A stretch of 64,000 nt of DNA, taken from positions 32,001-96,000 of IMG/VR virus record IMGVR_UViG_3300035698_007036; one strand, given 5' to 3'. Below are positions 37,962 through 48,700 of this stretch, one piece after another. The position numbers and the translations under genes are program-made. This DNA is from a virus. Position 1 is the first letter of the stretch. Every line of letters starts with the position of its first letter. The notes under the pieces were generated by a model. It had not been told where the DNA came from. It did not search any database and saw nothing but the letters and a program-made list of their open reading frames with translations.

Positions 37962-39518
37962 ATGGCTGCAACAACAAGGTGGGTAGAATATTCGGTATCT
38001 GATGCGGGCGTAGCAACAACCGGCGGGGGTACAGCTTCTGGAACAGGTACTCGTGGATTTTGTGAAGCTACTGCAAGTGTTGATGACACCTTTGATGTAG
38101 GCCCAACATCAAATAGACTATATTTAAATATCGACAGTGATCCTGCCAGTACTTATGTCACTCTAGCCAGTGGTACAGATCTAGACCCTAGGTTTGTAGC
38201 CAAAGATATTACCGAAAAGGTTCATGACCTAGGTAAGGTTGGTCAATATGAGATAGGCTACGATCACGCACAATGTGTTTGGGAAAATGACGATACTGCG
38301 AGTCGTTTTGTCATTTATTCTGGATCATTTGGATCAAGTTCACAGGTAACTGTGACGAGTGGTACTAACACTGTTCATACCGAGCTTGGTTTTGGTACCA
38401 AATCAGAAGTAGGCGGTTCAGCCACTTCTAATGCTGGTGATAGTGGTGTAACTATTTCTGGCTCGTATGATGGTTTCTATGATGAGTTTTATCATGTAAT
38501 CATAAATAAAGAGGTTAACGTAGGTACACCAAGTAAGGGAGGCTCTAATACTTATGTTGGTAACATTACACAGGGCGGTGTGTTTACACACACAAGTGCC
38601 ATTACCTATGTTTTATCCATTGACGTTACTAATGGTACAACTCTGAATGGTGGTACTGGTGCTGTCCCCACTATGAGTTGGACATCTACTGGTAGTGCTG
38701 ACGATGGCGGCCCCATTGAACTGTTGTTTGCCAACTATTGGTATTCTGTAGGAACAAAGGGCGTTAAAGTAAAGTTCACAGATTCTGTTTTTGTTACTGT
38801 GGACCCAGCCTGGACTATAATTTGTACTTATCCGCAGTATGCCCAAGGGTTGAATACCTCAGCCCCAATAGCGACCGCAATGTTTACTTGGGCAAGTAAT
38901 AGGGGCGACGATGCTACGGCAGCGGCTACAACAAATACAACTTATACCAGGTTAGGCACTAGAGGATTATATATTAAGTGGACAGGTACTTTGGATCTAA
39001 CCGCTAATGAGGATTTCTATGTTGTATGTACACCGCCGCAACCGCAATCGTACGACATCACCAATTTAAATTACGGAAATGTCACAGTCTCTACAGAGTC
39101 TTCTGTAAAGGTATCTCTTTTCGAGATCATGTCTGGGGCTAAAGAGATATCTTCTGTTAAATTTGGTCTACAGGCTGAAGGAACTTTCTCTCACCATGAC
39201 CAAGGGAATAATGATACCAAGTTTAGATTTGGTACAGTAGGTCCTGGGGCCACTGCTGGTTCTAGTCCCATTAACGGAAAGGAATGGCATTCTGCGGTAA
39301 CTGCTGCTGATATAAGTAGCGATGTACAACCTAGTTATTTAGCGGTAACTAAAGGTGATTTGGCTGTGGTAGCAGACGCCGATGCCAGTGAAATTATAGG
39401 TACTAGTGCCTCTAATGGCATGACCGCCGATCCTATCTGGCTCGGAGTTAAATTAGGCTCTTCGGAAGTCGGTGCTAATAGCACCATTAACTATAGAGTT
39501 TATTTCGATTACGCCTAA
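37962..39518 (+). CDS. Virion structural protein (518 aa)
   Basis: AAGGAGG RBS; T/S/G-rich; carries the shared FVIYSGSFGSSSQV..ELGF module. Confidence 0.65.
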   Translation: MAATTRWVEYSVSDAGVATTGGGTASGTGTRGFCEATASVDDTFDVGPTSNRLYLNIDSDPASTYVTLASGTDLDPRFVAKDITEKVHDLGKVGQYEIGYDHAQCVWENDDTASRFVIYSGSFGSSSQVTVTSGTNTVHTELGFGTKSEVGGSATSNAGDSGVTISGSYDGFYDEFYHVIINKEVNVGTPSKGGSNTYVGNITQGGVFTHTSAITYVLSIDVTNGTTLNGGTGAVPTMSWTSTGSADDGGPIELLFANYWYSVGTKGVKVKFTDSVFVTVDPAWTIICTYPQYAQGLNTSAPIATAMFTWASNRGDDATAAATTNTTYTRLGTRGLYIKWTGTLDLTANEDFYVVCTPPQPQSYDITNLNYGNVTVSTESSVKVSLFEIMSGAKEISSVKFGLQAEGTFSHHDQGNNDTKFRFGTVGPGATAGSSPINGKEWHSAVTAADISSDVQPSYLAVTKGDLAVVADADASEIIGTSASNGMTADPIWLGVKLGSSEVGANSTINYRVYFDYA

Positions 39519-39555
39519 TTTTGTTGTAGAATTTAATGGAAAAGGAGGGGATGAA

Positions 39556-39762
39556 ATGCCTTTGTACGAATTTTTATGTACAGAATGTGGTAAACTACAT
39601 ACTGACTTAGTGAAGTTAGGCACCGAAACATCTAAATGTCCGAAATGTAACAATGTTGCGGAGAGGGTGATGTCAGTGCCTAATTTTGTTTTAAAAGGGA
39701 ATGGTTGGGCTAAAGATAACTATGGACTTAAAAAGACTAAAAAGGGGAAATCTGAATCATGA
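39556..39762 (+). CDS. FmdB-family zinc-ribbon protein (68 aa)
   Basis: MPLYEFLCTECG..CPKC..ERVMSVPNFVLKGNGW is the canonical FmdB pattern. AGGAGG at 39543-39548 places the start at ATG 39556. Confidence 0.85.
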   Translation: MPLYEFLCTECGKLHTDLVKLGTETSKCPKCNNVAERVMSVPNFVLKGNGWAKDNYGLKKTKKGKSES

Positions 39763-40061
39763 GACGTGGATGGGAAATAGAATTAAGTGACGGTACCATT
39801 ATTAATGAATTTCAGATGGACTGGACAAAGGTCCCAAAGAAGGAGATAATCCGTTTAACTTTGAGATATGACGGAAGAGAGTGGAATCTACAGGGTCATG
39901 GGGCCTATTTACAAAAGAAGCGTGGGTCTATGACCCCGTTTCACCAAGATAGTTTTAGAGTAGAATCTCGATCGATAGGTTACTATGACGGTAACTCTAA
40001 AGTGTGGTATACAGTTAAAGAAAGTACAGGTAAAATGAGGGTGGAAGTTGAGGATACCTAA
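39759..40061 (+). CDS. Hypothetical protein (100 aa)
   Basis: Coupled by overlaps on both sides (ATGA, TAATG). Confidence 0.65.
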   Translation: MRRGWEIELSDGTIINEFQMDWTKVPKKEIIRLTLRYDGREWNLQGHGAYLQKKRGSMTPFHQDSFRVESRSIGYYDGNSKVWYTVKESTGKMRVEVEDT

Positions 40062-43000
40062 TGAGTAATTGTTTTTTAAACAGTGATAATTATTGGGATT
40101 GCTACATGCCATATCCAGGCACTAATTCTGAGGATATAGTTTCTGGACTTAGAATGATCCCTAACATAGCCTGTCAGTACTGGGTAAAGGGATTGCCAGG
40201 CCTTTGCGTTAACTGGAACAAAACTGAAAATAAATGCTCTGTAGAAGATGGCAGTCCATCTGGATACGCCGAAAGTTATTGTGACGGTGTGGGGCGTAAA
40301 TCCAATTGTAGTCAATATGATGATGCTGGACTGACAGATTTGGACGAATACGTATGTATAGCCCCTTGTTTTGAACGTAGTGGTATCGGTACACAAGTTG
40401 AAGGTGCCAGTACTGTTATGCTACAGGCCATAACAGCTTCTGAAATTTTAGGATACAATGAGGGCAAATGTGATAGTATGGGTATGGGCCGTGGCCAATC
40501 AGGCATAGGGCAAAGCCTTGAAAATTTGATAAAGATGCAAAGAGTCTGTAATTATTATAGACCTTACGATATGGGTTTTGGATTTAAAGAACCTCAACAG
40601 CTTATAAAAAATAGTGACGGGTCTATAAATTTAACAGCAATGCAAGCAGCGGTAATGGATGAATTAGCCAAGCGTCTGCCTTTCCATTTTAAGTTATATA
40701 ACTTAAGGGCTAAATCTCAAAAGTGTGCTTATTGGGACCAGGATTATGGTTCAGACTTTCTTGTTAATACTGCCGGAGATGGGGTAATACTAAATGCTAC
40801 ATTTGATGCTGGAGGCAAGGTACGTGAGTGTACTTGTACTGACAGTGAGGCTATACCATATAATACTAGGGATTTAAGTGCTGCAAGCTTGCCAATATTG
40901 CGAAGAGTTTGGTCATCACAAGCCAATACTATAATTTGTAATGGGGCGAAGCCAGAATGTCCTTGTTATACTGGGGAATGGTTGTATTGTATAGATGTTC
41001 AAATGCTTTCTGGTATGAAGATAACAGCAGAGCAGATGTTAGAGTTGAGATTTTGGACCAGAAATTGGTCAACTCAAGAGGAGTATGACCTTTATTACGA
41101 GGATTTGCCAGGTACAAATCCAAACGATCCAACTACCGCTGACATTTATACATTTGAACAATGGAAAAGACTAGATCCAATTAATGTTGAGGATAGTATA
41201 ATGCTTGGAGCAAGAGTTAGTATGTGCCAACCAGTCTTGCCAGGAGCTAAATATTTTGATACATCTACATTTCTAGAATATGATAGTATTACGTATCCTA
41301 GCTTGATGACACCAGTAGAATTTCCAGACAGTAAAAGTAAAGGTACTACTACCCCTAATCAGGTTTCGTTCCCGACTCTTGTAAGGGATCTCAACAGTGA
41401 GACACCGTCTCTTTTAGAGATTTTCTATCCTTATGTAGTAGATGATCCTTTTGGTAAGACGTTCGGTTGTGGGCAGGATTTAGGGAGCATACCATGTATA
41501 AAGAGAAGTTGTGATGCTGGAGGAGATTCAGTTTCTGTTGTAGGGGTTAGTGTAAGAAATAAGACTATATTAGGTATTAACTTAACTCGAACTAATGTAA
41601 AATTTGATATATTAAACGAATATGATAGTTTGTCACACTATCTTTTGAAAAATCCAGAAGCTGAATCAGAATTTAATCACAAAATAGAAAATTTTATTGG
41701 GGAAGTCAGAAGAGAAAACATTGAGGATGATCTGTTGTATGAGGAAACATCTGATAGTTTCGGATCTTTTAAGATAGGTCCGGTTGGGTTAGCCTACCAA
41801 GAAAAGAACACTATAGCAGTTATTGTTGACTTGGGTTCCACAAACAAACACCACTACGAGTTCAGGAAAGTAGACGTTTGGTCTCAATGGTATGGTGGTA
41901 TATCTTTGCAGTCAAAATATAAGAGAGAGATAGAAACTGGCGACGTAGTTGTAGATTCCGACGACCTGTTTATATCTCCATCTGCCGAAGCTGAGATTAG
42001 CATGATACCATTGAAAGGTGACAATCCTTATAATCTAACAGCAGGAGTACAACAATGTTTACCAGTCTCTGTAAACGAAAGAATGAATGCTCTTGTACAA
42101 TATGATGAATATAGTTATTGTATAAAAAAGAAAACCGTTACGGATTTGGAAGTGTTAGATTGGCTAAGGGTAGGGAATTATGGCCTTGTTTGGATAGAAA
42201 TACTAGATTCTAATTTGAACTATATATTGGACTGGGAAGTTGTTACAGCAGAAGTCACTAAGGTTCATACAGATGAGTTTGGTGTTGTAATAACTGACGA
42301 AACAGTAGAGATGGAGGTAGTTTTTCCTACAGGCGATCATGAACAGGTAAATATACCAAGAAATGCTGTGTTGATTGGCCCTAAAGACGGAAAGAAAAGA
42401 TGGTTTTCATCTGACGGAAGTCAAAAGATAACTGTGGATTACTATTACACATTTTTTAGTACTACTGATGATATAGATACTGATGAAAAGATTGTTTGGC
42501 CAACATTTGACGAAGGCGGAGATAGATTTGTTAAAGGAGAGATGGTGGTAGAATCTACTGTTGGTGATAGTTTCCTATCTGGAGAACAATTTAAGATAGC
42601 TGGTATAACCACCAATACACCGCAAATAGCTTGTCTATTTACTTCTGAGGACAACGCATTGATTAGTTTAATAGCCACCAAGCTTCTAATTAACATACCT
42701 ATATTACGTGCTAGGCCTGTTGAGATAAAATATAGTTGGACTGATTCTGGAAGCTCTTATCAGTTGAGACCAGAAAGATCTTTCGCGAAAGAATTACAAA
42801 GTGATAAAGCCTTAGGAGGAGCTACTCATAACTTTGTTCCTTATTGCGGAGATCATGAACTTACTTCACTTATGAATATAGGACCGATGTGGTACCCTTT
42901 CGGGGCGTGTGAGACCTTTGCAGCCTATAATGTATATGTTAATGTAGCATACTGTACTCTGCCTATAGAAGATGCACCTAGGAATGATATGAGAGCCCGA

Positions 43001-45346
43001 GGTCCTGATGAGTATTATGCTCTTTTTCTGGGAGAGGGGGCCATTGCCGCATGTTCTAATAATTTTCTATATGGTTATACTGTTATGCAGAAGAGGCCAG
43101 TATTTACCGGTTATGGTAATATAGGCACTTATGTCAATGAGACCTACTATAATGCTATGAATTGGGATATGCCGCCGTTTGGTAATACTTACCGAGAGTA
43201 TGTGGAAAGATTTTTTAGCACCGACAGAGTAACTTACCAATCATCTGATGGAGGTGAGGTTACTTTTGTAGCTAAATGGCTACCTAAAGTAATGGATAAC
43301 ACTGATTTTAATTTTACATTCAATTCGTTTGGGTACAAAAAATCAGAAGGTGCGTTTGAATTCATTAGCCAAATGAATTATATGAAATCCCCCGCCGTTA
43401 ATGAGAAAGTAGATAAAGCCCGCCTCAGATTCGGAGATGTTTTTGACATAAGAAAAGAAGGTAGGGTGGCGTATCCACCTCCTGTAATAGAGGACGATGA
43501 GCACTCAACTCCTTTTTATTGTTTTTATAAATTCAAAGAGGAAGATGTGTTATGGGCTTGGCAAGATTACTGGAAGTCTATAGAGAGAGAAGTTAGTGAA
43601 AATAAACTGGAGTTCGTTCAGTTGACCAACCCTGAGTATACTTTTGATATGTACAAAATAGAGCATAGAAAGTGTTTAGAGGAGGGAGAACATAATATAG
43701 TGTTCGGACCACCTGAAGTAGAGGAAGGAATACTAATCAAATATCCATTTATACAGGTAGACGGTGGGCCCAAAAGATTTTTTGAAATAGATTACGATGA
43801 TTACAATTCAGAATATGTAGACTGGAAAGATGAAAACAGCGGAGGCAAAGATGCCTCTGGAGAAGAAGATGAATCAGAGGAAAAAAAGGATGGCCTAGTA
43901 TATGAGCAAACTAGCGATCCCGATGTATGGTATGTAGATGATAATATGCTATATGATGTTGAAGCTAGCTCGTCCGAAGACGCATGTGAAGCAGTAGGTA
44001 GAGTTATAAAATTAGGTTATGACTCTCTAACTGAAGAATGGACAAAGGGGTATTATAATAGAGGTATAATAGCCAAAATTAAGAAGGATAGACTTAAATA
44101 CATGCCACATGTTGTAAATGATTGGGAAGTAGCCTCTGTATCCCGCGATCCAACTATAGGCCTCGATCCTTGTGTAAATGAACACACTGATAAATATTGG
44201 GTCACTTCAGGTGTAGGCTTAGAATGGCAGGTTACTTTTGGAGAGGAGGGGTGCCCAGCAAATATAAGATTTTTTGGTTACAAAGGGTTGTATTCTTGCA
44301 CTAAACAGAATGCTATCAAGCTTACTACCTCTAATGTCTGTATACCAGGCTATAAAGTAGAAGCTATAGTAGATTCCAATAGGATTGTATTGGCTGACAG
44401 ACCTTATATATTACCATCTAATAAGGAATTGAGAGAGAAAAGATTTGAATTTTATCAAATATACGAGGATTTTGATATACTACCTAAATTGATGATTAAC
44501 AAAGTGACTGACTTGACTGTAACCTTTACAGTTCCAACAAGTTATTACGCCTGTATTTTTAAGACTAATGGGTTTAAGTTCTCTAGAGCCGAGTATGTAA
44601 GTGAAACTGAGATAATTAATGTATGGGAACGTAAGTACACAGTTTCTAGAGGTAGTACCGGTGATTACAATCCTAATGGTACACTGGAGCCCATGAAGCC
44701 TAATTTCGGCTTTATTAATGGCGGCATATATTGGCCACCATGGACGACTACTGTATCAGAAATAAATGCTGAAGATAAGTTGAGAAGTATAAATACTAGG
44801 GAATTTAATCCAGACGCGATCGATATAACTTCTAATGATATACTGTCTTTAGAAGAAAGTATACAGAAAGAATTATATGAGGATGCGATTTCTTTAGAGG
44901 TGGATAACGGTTATAAGACTTATAATCATTTTGTACCACCACAACTTTCAGGTTTTTTTGAAACTATAGGAGATGTCTATTTCAGTACTGCTGTTATGAT
45001 AGTCGATGTCAAGACTATCCCATGGAAGAATCATTATCTTACAACAACACATGAAGAAGTAGAGGTTTGGCAACCAAAAGGTCACCTTTTTGGTTGGAAT
45101 GCCGACACTACTGTGGGAACTAGGTGCTTTGAGTTGGGTCCTGTAGAGCCTATATTTAAGGTCAGGTTTATACATCGACATGGGTCTTCCCTTCTTTATG
45201 AACCTTTAGGAGGGACATTAGAGTCTTATGCCGGAGTAACTAAGCTTAAGTATATAGTAAGTAAGGCTGTATCTAACGAGGCTAATAAAATAAAAAAACT
45301 GAACCATGGTCCTGATTCCTTTTCTAGCCCAGATTCTGTGACTTAA
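40061..45346 (+). CDS. Large acidic protein with a Cys-rich N-terminus, probably virion-associated (1761 aa)
   Basis: Long ORF within the structural operon; many Cys motifs (CQYW, CVNW, CNYY, CAYW, CNGAKPECPCYTG). Confidence 0.65.
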   Translation: MSNCFLNSDNYWDCYMPYPGTNSEDIVSGLRMIPNIACQYWVKGLPGLCVNWNKTENKCSVEDGSPSGYAESYCDGVGRKSNCSQYDDAGLTDLDEYVCIAPCFERSGIGTQVEGASTVMLQAITASEILGYNEGKCDSMGMGRGQSGIGQSLENLIKMQRVCNYYRPYDMGFGFKEPQQLIKNSDGSINLTAMQAAVMDELAKRLPFHFKLYNLRAKSQKCAYWDQDYGSDFLVNTAGDGVILNATFDAGGKVRECTCTDSEAIPYNTRDLSAASLPILRRVWSSQANTIICNGAKPECPCYTGEWLYCIDVQMLSGMKITAEQMLELRFWTRNWSTQEEYDLYYEDLPGTNPNDPTTADIYTFEQWKRLDPINVEDSIMLGARVSMCQPVLPGAKYFDTSTFLEYDSITYPSLMTPVEFPDSKSKGTTTPNQVSFPTLVRDLNSETPSLLEIFYPYVVDDPFGKTFGCGQDLGSIPCIKRSCDAGGDSVSVVGVSVRNKTILGINLTRTNVKFDILNEYDSLSHYLLKNPEAESEFNHKIENFIGEVRRENIEDDLLYEETSDSFGSFKIGPVGLAYQEKNTIAVIVDLGSTNKHHYEFRKVDVWSQWYGGISLQSKYKREIETGDVVVDSDDLFISPSAEAEISMIPLKGDNPYNLTAGVQQCLPVSVNERMNALVQYDEYSYCIKKKTVTDLEVLDWLRVGNYGLVWIEILDSNLNYILDWEVVTAEVTKVHTDEFGVVITDETVEMEVVFPTGDHEQVNIPRNAVLIGPKDGKKRWFSSDGSQKITVDYYYTFFSTTDDIDTDEKIVWPTFDEGGDRFVKGEMVVESTVGDSFLSGEQFKIAGITTNTPQIACLFTSEDNALISLIATKLLINIPILRARPVEIKYSWTDSGSSYQLRPERSFAKELQSDKALGGATHNFVPYCGDHELTSLMNIGPMWYPFGACETFAAYNVYVNVAYCTLPIEDAPRNDMRARGPDEYYALFLGEGAIAACSNNFLYGYTVMQKRPVFTGYGNIGTYVNETYYNAMNWDMPPFGNTYREYVERFFSTDRVTYQSSDGGEVTFVAKWLPKVMDNTDFNFTFNSFGYKKSEGAFEFISQMNYMKSPAVNEKVDKARLRFGDVFDIRKEGRVAYPPPVIEDDEHSTPFYCFYKFKEEDVLWAWQDYWKSIEREVSENKLEFVQLTNPEYTFDMYKIEHRKCLEEGEHNIVFGPPEVEEGILIKYPFIQVDGGPKRFFEIDYDDYNSEYVDWKDENSGGKDASGEEDESEEKKDGLVYEQTSDPDVWYVDDNMLYDVEASSSEDACEAVGRVIKLGYDSLTEEWTKGYYNRGIIAKIKKDRLKYMPHVVNDWEVASVSRDPTIGLDPCVNEHTDKYWVTSGVGLEWQVTFGEEGCPANIRFFGYKGLYSCTKQNAIKLTTSNVCIPGYKVEAIVDSNRIVLADRPYILPSNKELREKRFEFYQIYEDFDILPKLMINKVTDLTVTFTVPTSYYACIFKTNGFKFSRAEYVSETEIINVWERKYTVSRGSTGDYNPNGTLEPMKPNFGFINGGIYWPPWTTTVSEINAEDKLRSINTREFNPDAIDITSNDILSLEESIQKELYEDAISLEVDNGYKTYNHFVPPQLSGFFETIGDVYFSTAVMIVDVKTIPWKNHYLTTTHEEVEVWQPKGHLFGWNADTTVGTRCFELGPVEPIFKVRFIHRHGSSLLYEPLGGTLESYAGVTKLKYIVSKAVSNEANKIKKLNHGPDSFSSPDSVT

Positions 45347-45359
45347 GGTGGTAAATTAA

Positions 45360-45761
45360 ATGATTGGTAATTTAGTAGATTTCATAAAATGTCCAGTATG
45401 TATAGAAGGTAGTATGAGACTCTCTGTAAAGAACACCTTTGAGTCTTACGGGCAAGGATTTGATTTGGATGATATAGATAAATTAGAGGACGGTATGATA
45501 GAACAATATTGGGTTTTTGATTGCCTTAACTGCGGAGCCACGCAGCGATACAACTTTAGGGATATAGAGAGATTGGCCAGGAAAGAAATATCTAAACGAG
45601 TGTTAACTTTGAAAGCAGCAGGAGAATTGGGTACAACTATAAATACTAAGGTCAAGTATCTAGTCTACTGCGGAGTTTGTAATGGCTATGACTCCAATGG
45701 GTCATGCCCACAAAAAGTATACGATAAGTGCCAATTAAGGAGGATGCCAGGTGGCCTATAA
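45360..45761 (+). CDS. Zinc-ribbon protein (133 aa)
   Basis: Motifs CPVC, CLNCG and CGVC..C..C. Confidence 0.7.
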   Translation: MIGNLVDFIKCPVCIEGSMRLSVKNTFESYGQGFDLDDIDKLEDGMIEQYWVFDCLNCGATQRYNFRDIERLARKEISKRVLTLKAAGELGTTINTKVKYLVYCGVCNGYDSNGSCPQKVYDKCQLRRMPGGL

Positions 45762-48700
45762 TTTTATAAATGAAGCCTCTACTATAAAAGTGTCTACGTT
45801 GTGTTATCATGACAATACAGAGGGATATGCCTCTGATTTTAGTGTCAATGGTGAGTTCAGCGATTGGGACTACTATAATGGTGTTCACACTTATGGATGT
45901 TGGGGAGGTTTTCTGTTCGGAACTCTTCATGGAACTTCTGGTTATATAGGTAGATACAATACATTTAATCCTGTGCCAGGTGAGGCATACTACTTCGTTA
46001 AGATAGCCATGAAATATAGTCCTGTAGAGAGCAGTGTGGCCTCTCAGGGCCGATTGATGTGGCGAACAATAGCTAACACCTCCTGGGGTGTTGACAAGCA
46101 AGAAGACTTTACTATATACGCTGACAATGAATGGCATGTTTACACAATAAATATGGGTAATGCCCAATGGTGGCAGGGCGACATCAATGACTTACGTTTG
46201 TACCCTGCTCTTAACGGTAGAGCTGATGATAGTTTTTTTATAAAATATATAAAAATAGTTTCCACTGATACCTATAGATGTACTAATGGTGACTGCGACT
46301 ACTACACAAGCTATGAGCACGATTGTCCTGGTGTTGGCACCAAAGGGGCGTGTACCTCCTCCCCTAATGAATCTGACTACTACACTGTTGGTGGCACTCT
46401 TGTAGTTAATATAAATGGTTATGGTCAGGAGAACATACAAATAGCTACTATGGTAGATGCTACAGGTCTACAGGTGGCTAAAGTTTTAGGCCAGTCTATA
46501 TCTGGATTAGACATAGGTGGTTATGCTGAGGTGGATGTAACTTACAATGAGGATAAAACGTTAACAATATACTCTGGTACATATGGGGCATCTAGTTCAG
46601 TGGATGTTGAGGACTCGGACACAGCCAAAGCTCTTGGATTCGATACTACTACAAAAATTGTAGGAACTGATTCTTCTTCTGGGTACCTACCTCGTTGTTC
46701 TTTTTCGCTTAAAACCTACCAGTTATACGATATATTCGATACAAATGATGATACAAACTTTATTTTCGATCCCAAACTTAATAACATAGAGGGAGGTAGA
46801 AGAGATGTTTTGGATAGTGGTTTAGGTACCGCAGAACTTTCGTCTTCAAGTACCGGAGTTACTTCCAGAAGCTACACAAAAATTTCTAACTATGGCAAAA
46901 CCATAATAGACTTCAGTAATCCGTTTAATGCTAGTGGTAGAATTAACAAGATAATGGCGGCCTGTACATTGACCATTGATGGAGGCACAGCCACTAGTTG
47001 TAAATTTAAAATATTTAGACCTACTAAGGATGGCACTTTACGTTATATTACTTATGTGGATATACCCAATAGGGAGAGTGGCAGCACCTTACAATCAAGT
47101 AGCCAGGAATTTGTTTCTGTGGATTGTGATGTTATAGTAAATAAGGGCGATTTTTTAGGCATCTATAACGCCGATGTTTATGTAGGAAAGCATAAAGCTG
47201 GGGATGTGGATGCATTCTATACCCAAGTGTCAGGGGACGTAGTAACTGATGTGATCAGTTATTCCACTTTAGGTGACGGAACAGCCGGATTTTCCATGTA
47301 CGCTTGTGGTAATCAAAAACAGAATAGGATAACTTTGGATCTTGATTTGGGGGCTAGATATAATTTAAATAGTGTAGTTATAGATGGAGAAGTAACCTCA
47401 GACTATTTAGAGTACAATATAGCACGATGTAAGGATGTAACTTGGAAGTTTGATACTTTCGGACTAACCCACACCACCGGTTATTGGGATGATTTACACG
47501 GTTATGGTGTTAGTTATACAAACCCTAATGCTGGTTATGGGTTAAGCAGTCTTACAGATGGTATATTTGTTGTTGAGAATAATACAGCTGCAGATAGTTA
47601 TGTTGTACAGACCGGAGATGATAAAGAAGGGGTTATACCCACTAACCCTAAATACTTTTTTTGTAATGGAGACGGTGAGTGGCTGTCCACACTTATGTTT
47701 ACCGCAACATGGCAAATTGATCCATATATAGAAGAATTTGAACACGATCCTGTAGCATTTTACATTGAGTTCCCTAACATGGTAGAGAAAGAAATATCTA
47801 GGTCTAAGATATATTTTAAGGAACCACAGAATTTTAGAAATTTTGGGTTGTCTTACTTGAGTGACACGGCAGGCCTATATGGCAATTCCGATGACAAACA
47901 ATACACTTACATACCAGAGTACGTAGCAGTTACACTTAACGGATTAAGATACCACGATGGTATGTCTCTTTATTCTAATGTTGAGCCGTATTTGTTTAAT
48001 AACCCGTGTACAGGGGAGCCTGAAATGACTTTTCCAGCCGCTTGGGTTGAAGGCAGTAGTGCCACTGTAACTAACGGTGATGAATACCAGGCATCAACCA
48101 TGTGCGAATGGACCACTATAGAGCATGAATGGGATCCAGTAGTCTGTAAAGGTTTCAGAGTTTATTGTAATTTCCACAAGTCCACTAAAGTAACAGAGAT
48201 GGAATTGTACTGTAGAACTGATGATGTAGGCTCAAGTTTAGCCGGTAGTACGTCACTTTTGTTTTCTAATTACGGAGACCATTGGACAGAGGCGAGTATG
48301 CTTCAGAATGGGCAAGAATCTGTAGAGGCCGTTATAGGGGATACCCCGAGATACTTTGTTTTGGATATAGAGCCTATAACTACTGTGAGACTAAAGAATG
48401 TAGTATTTAATATAGACAAAGAAGCGGGTTATGTAGGTAGTAAGGGGTGTGATTACGATGTATATTCAGGTGATGCCCGCCTTGGGGAGACTGGGTCTTC
48501 ACAAATAGTCACTTTGAAAAATGTTTATGGAAGCCCTTATGATTTGTATGCTAACATTGCTCAAAAGAGCTTGAAGGAGTCTGGTTTAATTTTCCATAGT
48601 AGACTAAATGATGATGCTGCCGTAACGAATCCAATAATAGGTGCTGATGCTAAATATAAAAAGGCGTCAGTCAGTCATGAGCTGATGGGAGTACAGAATA

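Noticed and set aside
39472-39555. Track's longer start for the zinc-ribbon gene
   Set aside because: It overlaps the upstream gene. The RBS and the FmdB MPxY signature place the start at 39556.
29000-39555. Possible promoters in the short AT-rich gaps at 29000-29039 and 39519-39555 (TAGAAT)
   Set aside because: There is no convincing -35 element and no motif shared between the gaps.
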